From a virus (taxonomy: Duplodnaviria > Caudoviricetes), in IMG/VR virus record IMGVR_UViG_3300032327_000348, positions 47,935 to 111,934 of that record: 64,000 nucleotides of DNA; one strand, 5' to 3'. Positions 35,101 to 50,100 of the stretch are shown here, piece after piece (the first letter of the stretch is position 1; each line of letters opens with the position of its first letter). A model generated the notes under the pieces. It made no database searches, was not told the DNA's origin, and saw only the letters and a program-made list of their open reading frames with translations. Position numbers and translations under genes: made by a program.

Positions 35101-38100
35101 TCCTACATCCCAGTTTGTTCCAGGACGTGTTGTAACAATCATTGTCAAGTTGTCAGTAACTACACCCGGTACCAATTCTTCTGGGCCATATCCTTCAGTG
35201 AATGAATCACCCTGCACAGTGTATACAGGTTCTTCTTGTATAAACAATGCCTTTGGTGTCCACGTAGTAACATCACTGCCACTAGATATTAGAATGGTAT
35301 TATTATCACCTACAATGATAAATTCATCGACAGTTTCGTTATATGAAACACTGTTTAAATTATTAGTTGTAGTTGAAGTTTCTGTAGTCCATGAAGAACC
35401 ATTGGAACTTGTTAAAATTGTACCATTATTACCAACCGCAATGAATTTACCGTTGCCGTATACTATATCTACTAAATTTTCACTTGTACCTGATATTTGT
35501 TCGATATTAGTTTGTGATCCGTCAGTACTAGTAAATATTTGTCCATTATTGCCAACAATGGCTACTAAACTATCACTGGTAGTTATTGCATTTACATATG
35601 CAGAAGTGATTACAGTAGTAATATTTTCATTGATAATGTTCCATGTAATACCATTATCAGTGCTTCGTAATATTATTGTTTGTTCTACCCCATTGACAGT
35701 TTGATTACCAATAATCAACCATCCTGTAAATCCAGCAGTAGTATATACTACATCTGCAAAATAACCGGTATTAGATAATTTATATGTTTCTAACCATGTT
35801 ATAGTATCAGTACTTGTTATAACATTTTCTCCAACTGCTACCCAAACACCACCATTGCTACTAACAGTATTTAAACTATTAGAAGGAACTATTAGTGATG
35901 GGCCAGTCGTATACACTAATCCATTTGTGCTTGTATATATTGGTGTTGCTGAATTATTTGTAGTGATTACATATCTAGTACCATTATAATAAATGTCAGT
36001 TAAACTGACAGGATTATTGCTTAGTTTAGTCAATAACCAATTATCACCTGTAGCACTTGTTATTAATGCAGAGTAAGTAGGAGAAGTTGATATTGATATA
36101 TATTTGGTGCCGTCCCATAAAACTGACATATTGTTTATTGTTGCAGGATAAAACGGTTGGTCTTGTAATTCTGTATCAAGTAAAAATTCTTCAGTAGGCG
36201 GGAACGCATTATCCATATAAACTGAGCCAGGATAAGTTATTCCGGTAACTAACTGGGTTAAATCTCTACCCGGCATATTAACAGTTGGATTGTAATATCC
36301 AATTATACGATCTAACTCATTGAGTCTTCTGTCACCACTATCCAATAATTCCCACTTACCTATTACAAATTCAGTGTCATTGTTACTAACAATACATTGA
36401 TATAGTCTATTGTTGTAACGAACAATACTTTGATTGAAGTAAAATGGTTCTGGTAAGAATACATAATCACCTGATTTAGCCATAGTAAATGATAGACCGG
36501 TTGTTGTTCCAGTAAAGTTTAAAGTACTACCTCCAATTGTAGTTGAGATAGTAACTGTAGTTGCTGTTGGTTTTGATTTAATATAATAAGTTTGACCCAA
36601 TGTCAATTCTTCATATACATTACCTGTAAACACCACTGGATCATTCAATTCAAATTCATCAGAACTTGTCACCGTCAATCTATCATTAGAGGCTGTTACT
36701 GCGGTAACTGTTGTTGATTTAACACCAGTATATATTGCTCCTAATGTATTACCATTAACCGGAACTGTCAACAATGGATTAAAATATACTTCTAGTTCTG
36801 TTGGACTTATAACCTTCAAATAATATTTTTCATTTAACCCCGGTGGCGTACCAGAAATAATTGTAGATGTTATTGCTCCGTAAGACAATGATGGATTATA
36901 ATTCAATCCAGGTTCATTTATACCACTAACATTAATTACAATATCATTTATACCAGTGGTACCACCGACGTTTGAGCCTGCAATAGTAATATTATTGTTA
37001 TATGCAAATCCAGAACCCGCAGTATTAATTGTAACACTATATCCACCTGCTTTATAGTTAATAAAGAATGTTGGAGTTGATGTTGGGTACTGTGTTAGTG
37101 TTGACGTTGCCGAGAAATTATCAGTCAATGATACTACACTGCCGCCGATTGTTGCACTAACAGTGACGAACGGGTTATCAGCAGTCAATGTCATCGACCC
37201 ATTATCGCCGGTTAAATTAAAGGTTGCGCCGCCGGGTGTTTCACTGATAGTAAATTTCGTTGAACTAACAACTGATTTAATATAATAGGTCACAAATTCT
37301 ACTACACCACCAAATACACCGCCAGTGAATGATACTGGCATGCCTTCATAGAATCCTGTTGTATTTGCACAAGTATATTCTTCTGTTCCTGTATTTGAGC
37401 TTGTAACTTCAGTAGTAATAACTCCCAAAGATTTTATATAATATGTAGTACCGGCAGTAAGACCACCAGTTGATGCGGACAACCTAAAGGGCATGTTTAT
37501 ATAAATGTTTGTTGTGCCACCTGATAATGAGCCTAAGTATAAGTAATTAGATCCAGAAACAGTTGCAACAGTGCTCCTATCAATTAAGTTGCTATTTGTA
37601 CCTGAGTAGCCTGCACCACTATTTGTATATTTGCCGGACGTACCATAAAATGTAAACTGTTGTCCATTAATTTGTCCCGGACTTATTGGTAAGCCAACGT
37701 TGCAATACATAATACCTGTATCAGTTGTCAATTGTACTACATCTTGCTGGCTTGTTAGTGTTGCAGTTCCTGTAGCACTCGTAAGCGTTATTACGCCTCC
37801 ATTAATTGAAGTAGATAATGTAATCTTACTTGCGCTGTAATTAATGCTTGCAACATAATACAATTGTCCGGATACAATTCCACCAAACACTGCACCTGTA
37901 ATGATTACAGGAGTATTGATATCTAAATCCCCAATTTCACTCAATACAACATAATCTCCTGAATCTTCGGTTGCCTCAACTGTTAGCACAGTTGGCGTAT
38001 TAGTAGATGACATTGTAAATGTCTGGTTGTCAATAACTGTTGTTACATAATAATTTTCATTTTCAATAACTCCACCAAATACATCACCTGTAAAAAATAT

Positions 38101-41100
38101 TGGCACACCTGTATAGAATCCAGTCGTTCCGCATATACCACTTGAGTTTAATGGAATTTTTACAAAATTAGTTGTTTTTTCAGTATTAGTAGTAGCAAGT
38201 ATTCCAGGATACTGAATTGTAACTACTGCATTGTTAGATACTTCGCCAACAATCATTGTTAATCCAGCTGGTAAAACTGTAGTGCCTGACATTGACAAAT
38301 TAATTTTAAATTCAGTTTCACTTAATAATTCTGTTATATAATAAGTAGTACCTATTACAATATTTCCAGTCACTGATCCTGAGAATTTAACTGGCATTCC
38401 TATATAGAAACCAATAGTTGAACCTGAGGCATTAGTCTCAGTTGATGACGGAGGAGTTAATGTTATGACATTAGTTGCAGTATTAATTGAAGTTATATCT
38501 CTTGTTCTAGAAGACCAATTGATTACTTCATCATTTCTAATGTTTTGAATTTCAAAGGTAGCACCCTGAGCACTGGCCAAAACAGTATCAATATTAGGCT
38601 GAGAAGATTCCAAAGACAAGGAAGAACTTGCAACTTGCTCAGTATTTTCAAATTGTCCTGCATAGAAGCTGCCATAAAAATTACCACTGGTCCAGTCAGT
38701 AATCTGCGAAGTGTAAGTAGTCCTATCATATCGTAAAGTTGTAATATTTTCACGAATTGGTAAAGAATTAGTAACACAACTTGCTCGGGCACTGATTGCC
38801 AAATTATTATTTACTCCACTACCAGCATTTAAGAATACTACTCTGTTATGATCTTTTAATGCATCCGCATAAGAAGTATACAATGCAACAACATATGTAG
38901 GCACAGATTCTAACACATTTACATAATAATATTGTTTATTTGTTACCCCGCCAATGGCAGTCGTATCATTTCCTACATAATATTTTATCAAATCACCTGT
39001 TTGAATAAGTTGATTTTGAATGGCAATTGTATTATTTGTTACATCCACATCTATGCTTGGGAATGTAATTACTGAACTAGGTTCAATTATTATTTCTGGT
39101 AAAACTACATAACCATCGCCCGGATCAATTACATCAATCCGTAAAAGTTGATCTAGATTCATAACAGGCTGAAGTATAGCTTCAGTTCTAGGTGCAGGAT
39201 AAATTGATGTATCAATATATGCAGTAACTTTTGGCGGGTTAGCATAACCTCTACCACCATTCAATACAAGTACTGCAGGTAAGTCAATATAAATTTGTTG
39301 TCCAGGTAAATGATTTGATATAGGTGTTTCGTTTACACCTCTAGTTAAACCATTTAATGTTCCATATGCTCTATCAACACTTGAATATGCAATTAGTTCA
39401 TATGCTTTTTTACCTAAATCTGTTTCAGGGTCCATCGGATCATAAATTTTAATTACGCCGTTGATTGGGAAACCATAAATGTTATCCACTGCCATTGAAT
39501 TGCTATTCAATGTTAGATATGATGCTAATGTTGTTATTGGATAACCGTTAACACCTGTTATGCTTACACCATAGTTATTAAACCAATTATTATATGCAGG
39601 ATCTTGCCAAATATTATCAGTTGGAAGATACTGATTATCACTACTTGGATTAGCATTTACTAATTGAGGTGTTATATATTGTTGTAAACTTGTATTGTAT
39701 TGTGCCGGCAAATCAAAGTCAGTGATATCTCCGGCCCAAAGAGCAGTTCCAGTATACTTGAATAAAAAGTCTTTAACAACCACATGATATGGTTTAACTT
39801 CATTAATATATCCTGCTAAAAATTCTTGATTGTCACTTTGAAATACTTCTAAAGGAAGCAATTCACGTATAGTGTGTGCAACATCAATAAATGACGTTTT
39901 GTTTAACCACGGCAAATAGTTCTGTGACTCAATTGTTTCGCTCATGATGTAGTTAAACAATAAAATCAATCCTTGATTTCTAAAGTAGAATATTTCACCA
40001 GGAAGTTCTTCATTTAGGAATCGTGTAATAGAGCGAGTTTCTTCACTTGGGTATGTGTCGAACGGGGTAGTATCGAAAAAGTTATCTCCAAATCCCAATC
40101 TTGCAGTGCCATAATCCCACAATGAACTCTTAAATTGAATTGTGCCATTTTGTAAGCCAATACGAACCCATGTAGATAACGTGCTATCATATCTGTATGT
40201 TTCTTGGAAGCCGGCTCCATTTTTATTAACTGTAACTATCAATCCATTTTGTGCATTAATTGTTGCCAACTGATAATATGATTCTACTAACATGGCAGAC
40301 TTTGTATTATCATTATAACCAGTAGCCCACCAATTTACATATTCCCAGTAATCTGTTGTTTCATAGAATGGTAATCCTGTACTTGGATTGATAGGTCCAG
40401 TTGTGTACAAGAACTTACTAGATTGTGTTTCTGTGAACGGAATCTTTGCTAACTCTTGATTTGCAAGTGTTAAATAATTTTTCAATGCACCAAATCTTGA
40501 ATAGAAGAAGCCCTGACGCGGACGTACTAGTATACCAGATTGTACTGGTTTTGGTAAGTATGGATCAGGGACAATAGCGCCGGACTCATCTACGCCACTT
40601 AAACTATCTAACATTCTATCATATAATGATAATGGTGGTAGATTAGTTGCAGCTGGCAATCCCGGTAAGAAATCATCAGGATAATTTGATCGTATCAAAC
40701 TGTAAATGCTATGTGAAACATCATCATTGGTTCCTGTTGCAAAACCAATGTGCATTACTGTATCGGTGCTATTAACATATTCATCAGTGTTATATAATCC
40801 CATTACATCAGATTGTATTGGAGAAAAATACGCAATTCCCGATGCTTGAGGAGAAGTAATATACGCCTCACAAATTGTGTCACTTAATGTTTTGCCTATT
40901 TGGTTAAAAACAATATTTGTATTTCGTACCCAATAGAAATATACCGGAGTAATTGCACCTGTAGAGTTCAACACATACTCAATAGAATAGTCAGTTATGC
41001 TTAAAGGAGTACCAGTGCCAGCATATTCTGCAGGAACTACATTGCTAGTAATCCAACTATAAATGGTAACTTGACTTCCGGGGAACACACGACCCCACCA

Positions 41101-44100
41101 TTTGCTATTATATACCACATCATCATTTTGATGATAGTTAACAAATTTAGTAGTACTTGTGTTGAACCACAATTTACCAACTTGTTTGGACCCCCAAACA
41201 CTAGCACTAGACTCTGTTACATTGGGACTATTATATGACGCCGGATCTGCGTTAGAAATAATATCTAAATTTTCGGCAACTACGCCTAAAATTTTACCCT
41301 GTAGTGGGTCAAAATAATCTAAATTAATTAATGTATTATTAGTTGATGCACTATACAATTGTGCATTTTGAATACCATTGATATCAACTGTTGTTTCCGA
41401 TTGTCGATATACTGACCAGTTTGTTTGACCAGTTGCATTTGTGTAGATGATAGCTTGGCCGTTATTATAACCGGGTCTAAAATTTGGCGTACCGACTATA
41501 ACTGTATTGTCATTAAAATCTAATGCAGTACCATAGTATGGTTGACTTCCATAATTACTATTCAATGCGTTTACACTCTGTGCATATATGAACTGGCCAA
41601 CATTTGTTAAACTTTCGTTGTAGTTTTCTACATAGTCAAACATGTAAACTGCGCCGGCGTTTCTAGCAATGTCTATAAATTGTGTAGTGTTGTTATCAAA
41701 TAACAAATCATTATTATAGTTATCGTCATCAGTTAAATCAAATGTCGTTGCTTCATATCTTGCTGATGCAGGTGCACTTGTTATGAAAGAACCATTATCA
41801 TTAAATTTAATAACAGTACCAAATTGTGTTCTGCCGGCTGGATGCGGATCAGTGATTGTTTGAGTTAATGTATATTTTGAAATACCCAATTCATACATTG
41901 TATTTCCACTCAATGTTGCAATATCTAATTTGTCATTGATAGTTGCCAAGTCAATATTAATTAATGAGATTATCAATTTATTATCTATTGCAGTCGCAGT
42001 GATATTGGTAATATTTGCTGCTGCTATTGCGGCTGCAACAGTTGACGCATTACCTACAGGAACTGTTACTGCGTATCCATTTAACAAAATGGTACTAGCA
42101 CTAGTCACTTGACAATCAATTACACCACGAATAACACCATAACTTCCACCACCGTCTGTATAACGATATATTGCACCTTCTTTATTTTCTGTATTGATTT
42201 GGAAAGGTGAGCCAATTAATAATTCATTTCCGTATGTGTCTAAGTCTGCACTATAACCATATTGTTGACCTATCGTGAGTGCACCGGGTGCAATAAATTG
42301 TTGTATTAAAACAAATGTAGATCCACTAACAGTTAATATATCTCCTGCATTTAATGATTGATATACGGACAATGTTGAACCATTTGTTGCATAGTTATTA
42401 TCATCTATTAAGGTGCCGTTTACACTAACATATATAGGTTCTGTCTGTGCAACCATTGACATTGTTCCAGAACTGTTGGTTAGTGATAGTGTTGGACCAT
42501 TTCTTGTTAATGACAATGTAATTGTTGAACCAACTATAGATTTTACATAATATACTTGATCTAATGCTATACTACCAAATACATTACCAGTAAAGATAAC
42601 AGGGGTGCCATTTACACCATCAGATAAGCCCTGTACAGATGATAAAGTTATAGCATTACTACTTATAGAAGTTCCTGTGCTTATTCTAGTCCCGGGCGTA
42701 AAGGCCAAATCAAATGGTTGCGGTACAAAGGGTTGGCTAGTAAATCTTACTTCAAAATTTTGCATCAATCGTTCAAACACATATGATGCACCAGTGTTGT
42801 TTATTATACCAGAATCAACACTCGGTGCACCAACTACTATGGTGTTACCATAATAATTTGTTGCTATTGAGAACGAAAAATTATCGTCTGTTGTTAAGTC
42901 AGATAGCGTAATAACCGTACTGTATTCATACAATCCGGTAATTTGAGATTTGCGATATACATAACACTGATTTTGTTCATATGCACCAATGAACAACCAA
43001 TTCTCATCGCCGGACAATTCTGTTTTAGTTCCCCAGTTTGTTATGCCTGTAGGCGCTTGAATTGTTTGTAATAATTGTAACTCATTTACCTCGTTGGTAG
43101 TAATTAAACTATAAATTTTAACTTTTCTGTCGGCAAGCAATATGCCAGTTGGTTGACTAATTGCAAATGTTACTCCTGCATACCCGATTGATGAACCAAA
43201 ACTAGTAGAACCCGTAAGTGTCTGTACTAAATCATATCTATCAAACACTGGGTTATAGGTGTATCTGTATGCTACACCCAAATCAGAATCACATACTAAA
43301 TATCCCAAATCACTGGTAGTTGCTACTGCACTACCAAATGTTTCAGACCCGGTTTTTAATAATTCTAAATCAAATTGATAATTAATATCCTTGCGATATA
43401 CTGCCCAATCGCCATCAGTGTTTGTATCTACCCATACTTTATTTTTAACAAACTCAGTATTCAATAAAGGCAAGTTAATAATATCACTAGGTTGAGACAC
43501 ACGCTGTGATTCAAATCTCATTACAATACCATTGCCTGTCAATTTTGGCAATGTTGAAACTAGTGATAGTGCAACTGTGACTCTATAATTATCCACAACT
43601 GATTGTACAATTCTATAACCATTAACCGCATCATTAAAATTAATAATTGCAATTGTTTGATATTTTGTTAAATTATGTGGTTCAGCAAACTGTAATGTCA
43701 CACTACCGTTTAAGTTATTAATAACTTGAATCAAATTACCATTTGAGATAGGCGTATATACTTGCCATGTGCCATTATAGTCAGCAACCCATACGTATTC
43801 ACCTACGTATAATTGTGACAAAGGTGTTTGTGCAAGATTCAAATCGTTGTAGTAGTAACCATATGTTGTAATGTCATTAAAGTTGACATAACCAGAATCT
43901 GGAAATAGTGTGTTAGGTACATTTGTTGTAAAAGTAGGTAAGACATTAGGATTGGTTATAGGTCTACCATAATTAAATATAGAATATAATGGTACTTCTT
44001 GTTGTACACCATCTGTAAATGTTCCATTAGATAATCCAACGATTGCAGGATTACCTGTTAATTCATTTTGATTTAGTCTAAAGTCAACAAAGTTATTATC

Positions 44101-47100
44101 TAATACACCACCAAACTCGCCGGTTTTAATAGCCCAATTGTCATAGATATCATAGTCAATGCCACCTTGTGATAAATTAATACCTTTAAAGTTTTTAGCA
44201 GCAATTCTAGTACCTTTTTCTTCAATTAAGTTTTTATAAACATTAACTTGAGTAATGTCAGTTAAATCTGCTAGAGCCATATAATCACGAGGACGATATC
44301 CAATTAATGACCAGCTTAACAAATCTGCATCTTTACTTAAGTTAGGAGTATTTGTATTGTAATACAATATACTTTCGTAACTGCGTGTACTTGAGTTTGG
44401 TAATAGTCCTTTTTGAATTTCATTATAATCAGTTTCTTTCCAATATCTACCATCAAACGTCATGCTTGGCTCTAATACTTTCAATGAAACCCAATATTTA
44501 TTCTTATATTTTACTATGACACCTTTGGTGTACTTTGTAATATTATTCCACTCTTGTATATTATCTTGATTAAGAATAAATCCTTGTGCATCAATCGTAC
44601 CGTTCCAATCGGCAGTTTTAGTACCACGTGCAATGATTCGAGTTTGACGTAAACCGGTAACTAAATTATAAATGATATCATTGAACAATGTTACATTATT
44701 AAATACTATTCCATGTTCAAAATTACTAATATTAAATTGACCATAGGCAACTGTATCTCCTTCATTTAGAGGTTTTGCTGAAAATAATGTATCATCTCTA
44801 ACAACAGACAAATCTACTGATTGTATAGGATACAAGTTTTGATTTAGAATAAAATTCTGTCGTTGCAGTGTTAATGGTTGTACGACACAACTATCTTTTT
44901 GAATAGTAATCAAGTTGGCAGCAGGGTTTAAGTTAATTAAACTACCTTGGCCCCAACCAGACAGTGTCCAGTATAGATATTCTGCAACCATCTGATTCCA
45001 GTTAATATCTAAACCAGATTCAATTTGGTCAAACAATACACCCTGAGTTGTTAGGTAGTTGCCATAACTTCCGATAAATTGAGCTAAATCTTGTTTCGAT
45101 ACAAATTCAGTACCATATGGTACTAATATTTCACTGTTTTCAAAATAATCTTTTGCCACTTGAACAGATTCATTTTCAACTCTTACTAAATTATAGTTAC
45201 CATTGATCTTTGGTTTACTTACAGTAAAGTACGCTTTATTTTGTGAGTTGCCAAATACTTTCCATCCACTACCTGAATTTTGTACAATAATACTACTGTA
45301 TATGATTTTGTTGAATGGAGTGTTGTCATATAGTAATATGTCTAAACTTTCAGCAGGTATCAATAATGATGCATTGTTACTGTTGGGGGTTCCCTTTTCA
45401 ACATAAAAGTTAACAAGTGTTTTGTCGGTAAAACCAGCAACACGGTATATTAAGCGAACATCCAAGTTGTCTAACAAGTCAGTAGTTGTCTGTGTTGAAT
45501 CTATGCCAACTTGTTTTTCATAATCTATTATCCAATTAATGTAACTGGTTTTAGCAATACCATTTCCGTATAATTCAACATCACTGATTATTAAATGAGT
45601 TCTATCATTAACTAAAAATTGATTAAATTCTTCATTGTATTTGTAGTTATCAACATCAACTCCCAAATTGTAGAATTTAGCAGGTTTAGTCAATTCCATA
45701 ATCTTCATTAGATCGAACGGCCATGTGCTGCTTCTACGATATGCGAATTCAGTTGGTGAAACATCTCCTACTTTCCAATCATTACGGAAACTTCTATCAT
45801 TATAGTTCCCCACAATAGAATCAAACGGTGATACTAAATTGCCTTGGCTGTCAACTGGTAACACTTCTAATAATTGTGGTCTAACACATTGTGCCACTAC
45901 AACAGGGTCGCCATTGTTCCAATTAATGCCGGCTGCTAAATCACCCCATAACACTAAGTTATCGCTTGTATATGGTGCAGGACCATATCGTGTCTCCCAC
46001 CATGTGGGTTGATCAGTAAATCCAATCATCTCCCATGGAGCTATATCAGGTTGTGATGTATCATAGAAGTATTGATATATACCTCTCCAATAGCCTTGAG
46101 GAATTTGAGCATTATTTATTTTGTTCCCAGATTGGTTATAATTGTATGAAAATTGATTAGTAGAGGTATAACCTGTATGTAATTTATATTCAACACGATT
46201 CTGACCAACCCAATTTAAGAAAAATTGACTATAAATTGATAAAAATTCATCATATGAATAATCAGTTGTTCTGAAGAACCCAGGAACAACATCATAGTCT
46301 CTTATAGGAATAATATTACTTAATTTTAAATTATTATAAATTCTAGTTTCAAATTCAAATAACACTTTATCCCTAAAGTCTATTAAGTTGCCGTCAATGT
46401 ATTCACCATATAATTTTGTATATGAACCGTCGTGACCACGTATAAAATAAGTAGGATTGGTATAATTATCATCTAGTATTACTTCAGGAATAAAAGAAGG
46501 ATATAATCCCAACTTAGTTGGTGTGTTTGGAACATATGAACCATATGTTTGATAATATTCTTTGACAGTAATAATGTCATTTGGTAATAGGTCAGTCTCT
46601 ACAGTAAGTGACGGGCTGGTTGTGCTAATAGTGTAATCTACTCCACTCACTAATTGTGTGATACTGGTGTAATTATTCAATGTTCTTGTTAGGTACACTA
46701 ACACGCCATAATAATTTGATGTACTAAAATTGTATATTCTACTTAATGGATATCTACTAACATCTAATGAATTTGCAAATGTATATGAATTCGTTACATA
46801 TGGTGATTTGTTAGGTAACATATCAGACCAGAAAAACGGAGCAGTGTCTGTTTTAGATATAGTAATTTGATCTAATGCATCATCTAGCATTGTTGCCGGT
46901 GATTGGTATACATTATATTCTGTTTTATTAACTGTATCTACTAATAAAGTTTTAAACAAAATATATTGATTACTGTTATATTGCAAGGCATCTGTTAAAT
47001 TAACCCCGGGCTTTCTTAAGAAAGTGGCAGGTAATACCAACGATGCACTATTTTGAATAATTTTGTTGCCCCATGGCACAAGATTACCCAAATCACGATA

Positions 47101-50100
47101 ATTGTTTGAACCAAATACCACTCCAGTAGTATTTGGATTATTATAAAAAATACTTTGATATTGGTTGCGAATATCACCCACGTTAGCAGTAGTGATATCT
47201 GTATTAAATGGATTGTTTTGTAAGTTGTCAGGTATCTGATAATACGCAGTTTTACTTACTTGATCGCTAAGTATTGCAATTTCTATTACAGTGTCAACGT
47301 TAACTTCCGGAACAACAAAATTAATTACAGTAGAATTAGAATCAATTATATATGTATAATTAGTTGTATCTTGTAAAACATTGTTTAGATAAACTTGAAT
47401 ATTAGGCCATACTGTATCTGTTGCTGCCGCTACATCACATGTATAAATAAATGTTCCACTACCAGCTACATAATTAAATGAGAATATTTGATATTGACGG
47501 CTCTCCGCAACCGCTGTTTGCCAACCCAATTCTCTAGTGCGAGTATTTAAATCACTATAATTGTGAACATATCCTGTGTTGACTTTTTGAGTAATTGGTG
47601 TTGAGCCGCGCACATAGTTAAATTCTGCTGAATTTAATGGCACATCAAAACTTATATCACCTACATTATTTACAGAACTATATCGTAGTGGAAATCCTAA
47701 TACAATATCATTAATTCCCGATCCAATACCAAAACTGAATAACTTATTACCTTTAAAAGATGAGCCGGTGTATAATTCTTTGTCTCCAAAACTTATTCCA
47801 TCTTTATCAAATACATCAAACAATGGTGCTTGATTTACTGTTATTTTTTGTTGACCTTCCTGCCATTGATTTGCTAATACTTCAGGATCATTATTGAAAT
47901 AGTAATAAAAATCTTTACCTTGATTGTAATAGCCTTTATAAGTAACAGTACCTTCATTTTCTAATACTAGTCCGTCATCGGCTTCGGTTAATGTTATGAT
48001 AGGAGTTGATCCAGAAATACTTGAAAGGCGCACTACATAAATTTTGTTTTTTACATTAACATTTGTATCGGCAGAGAATATAATTCTAGCACCATCATAC
48101 AATGCATAGTTGTCGTTAGATATATCATTGGCTACCAGTGATATATTTGATGCTCCCGTAAATGTAGTAGGACTATTCCAACCAACTGTAATTGTTAAAG
48201 TAGTTGAACCCGTGACATCAGTAATTTGAGAATTGTTAGGTAATAGTCCTGCAGAATCTGTAATGAACTGTCCTATTTGAAACGTGCCGGCGCCAATACT
48301 ACTTGCTGGTACTGATATTGTAGTAGATGTAGATGAATTGGCATTTGCAATAGTAGCCAATGCAGAAGTATATACTTCTACGTCGGGATAATAATTATAT
48401 TGCCCTGCTACTTGAGTAAATGCATCAGTGGTCCTTACATCAAAAAAGTCAACAGGTTGTTTACCTACAATACAATTATCAAAGAGTTTTAAGTTTGGAT
48501 AAAATTCAATAATTGGTCTTTTTGCTTTATTATCTTGTGTTGCATACACAGTATTAATATTTGGATCATTATTGTATGTTGCGGTGGCATTAATAACATC
48601 AATATGAAACCATCTGTTACTACGACTCCATGGATTTTTATCAATACTATTTCTAGATATAGTAATATAATCTTGTCTTACTGGAATATATAAAGTTACA
48701 TCATAGTTTCCAATATCATACGGTAAAGTATCCCATGGATTGTATGTGCCTTCAGTAAATGGTTCAGGAACAATCAAATCTTGGGTATTAACTAATTCAA
48801 TAGCAGTTCCCACACCTTGTACATAATATTCACCGGTTAAGTAACTTGTAGGATAAATATCTCCGTCAAAAGTAACTTTTAAACCATTAGTAAATACCAC
48901 ACCGTTGGGGGAGGTATAATTTTTTTTGCCTAAAATTTCAAGTACATTTATCTGATTAGTTTTATTACTATTGATTAATCTAATAATACCCACTTTATTT
49001 GGAACAGTACCATCTTGATAATATAATATGTCTAATAAACTACTTAAGTAAGGAACTATATTGATATTACCTTGAATATTACGATAGAAGTTTCGTGCTT
49101 TCCATTGAATGCCATAATTTGCAGTAATCTTTTGATTTGTTGGAATTTCTGAATCAGGTATTAATTTAATGACTGGGTTTGTAGGATCTCCTACATATGT
49201 TATTCTATAAAATGTAGCGGATACATTTGTGTAATAACCACCTTCATAGTTGTTATCATTGGCAGATGAGCCTGGATATACATAAGCGTCTCCGCCATCT
49301 TGATCATACTCGGTTGTATCATAATATTGGCCAACAAACCCAATTTCATCAATAACACCGGTGTTATAAAACATCAATGTTAATCCATCCAAAGCAGTAA
49401 CACCGTCAATGTCAACTACATCACTCAATAGTCTACCTTCGATTGCATCAAATGGTGCAGATGATACTACATCAACTAAATTGTTGCCAGGAAAATTATA
49501 TTCATCTTGTGCATTTTTATAAGGTACAGTAAATTCTACAATACCAGATTCAGCACCGTTATTGTTAACTCCTAACACATCACGTGTTAGTACATTTGGT
49601 TGGTTTGGATCATAGCCAGTTACACCCGGTTGTCCTTGAATCCAAAAAGGACTATTTTGATTAACCGTAAATGTATATGAGCCACCGCGAATAAGAGTTA
49701 GTGTTGGGTTTGCAGATCCATTTGGATTAATATCACTTGAAATAGTGTATGCGTTAGGATCATCTTTTACGTTGTAATCTTGCACATTATAAACTATGTC
49801 AGTTGCAACAGTCACAGATGGCGGACCTGAAGGTAACCAGTAGTACTGATTAAAGTTTATTAGTTTATCTAAATCAACAAATGGATCCCAAGAATAAAAT
49901 TGACTATTAAACAATCTATCATTGTTATTTGTGATTCCACCATTTAATTTTAATGCATCAATAATTCCAGGGTAAGTAATAAAATCAGTGGCAGTGGCAG
50001 TATTTGTTTTAGTAAACACTACTCCCGGATCTAATTGATAATCTGTTCTGATTTTTGTAGGTTCTACTACATATTTGTCTTTGGCATTTATACCATATCC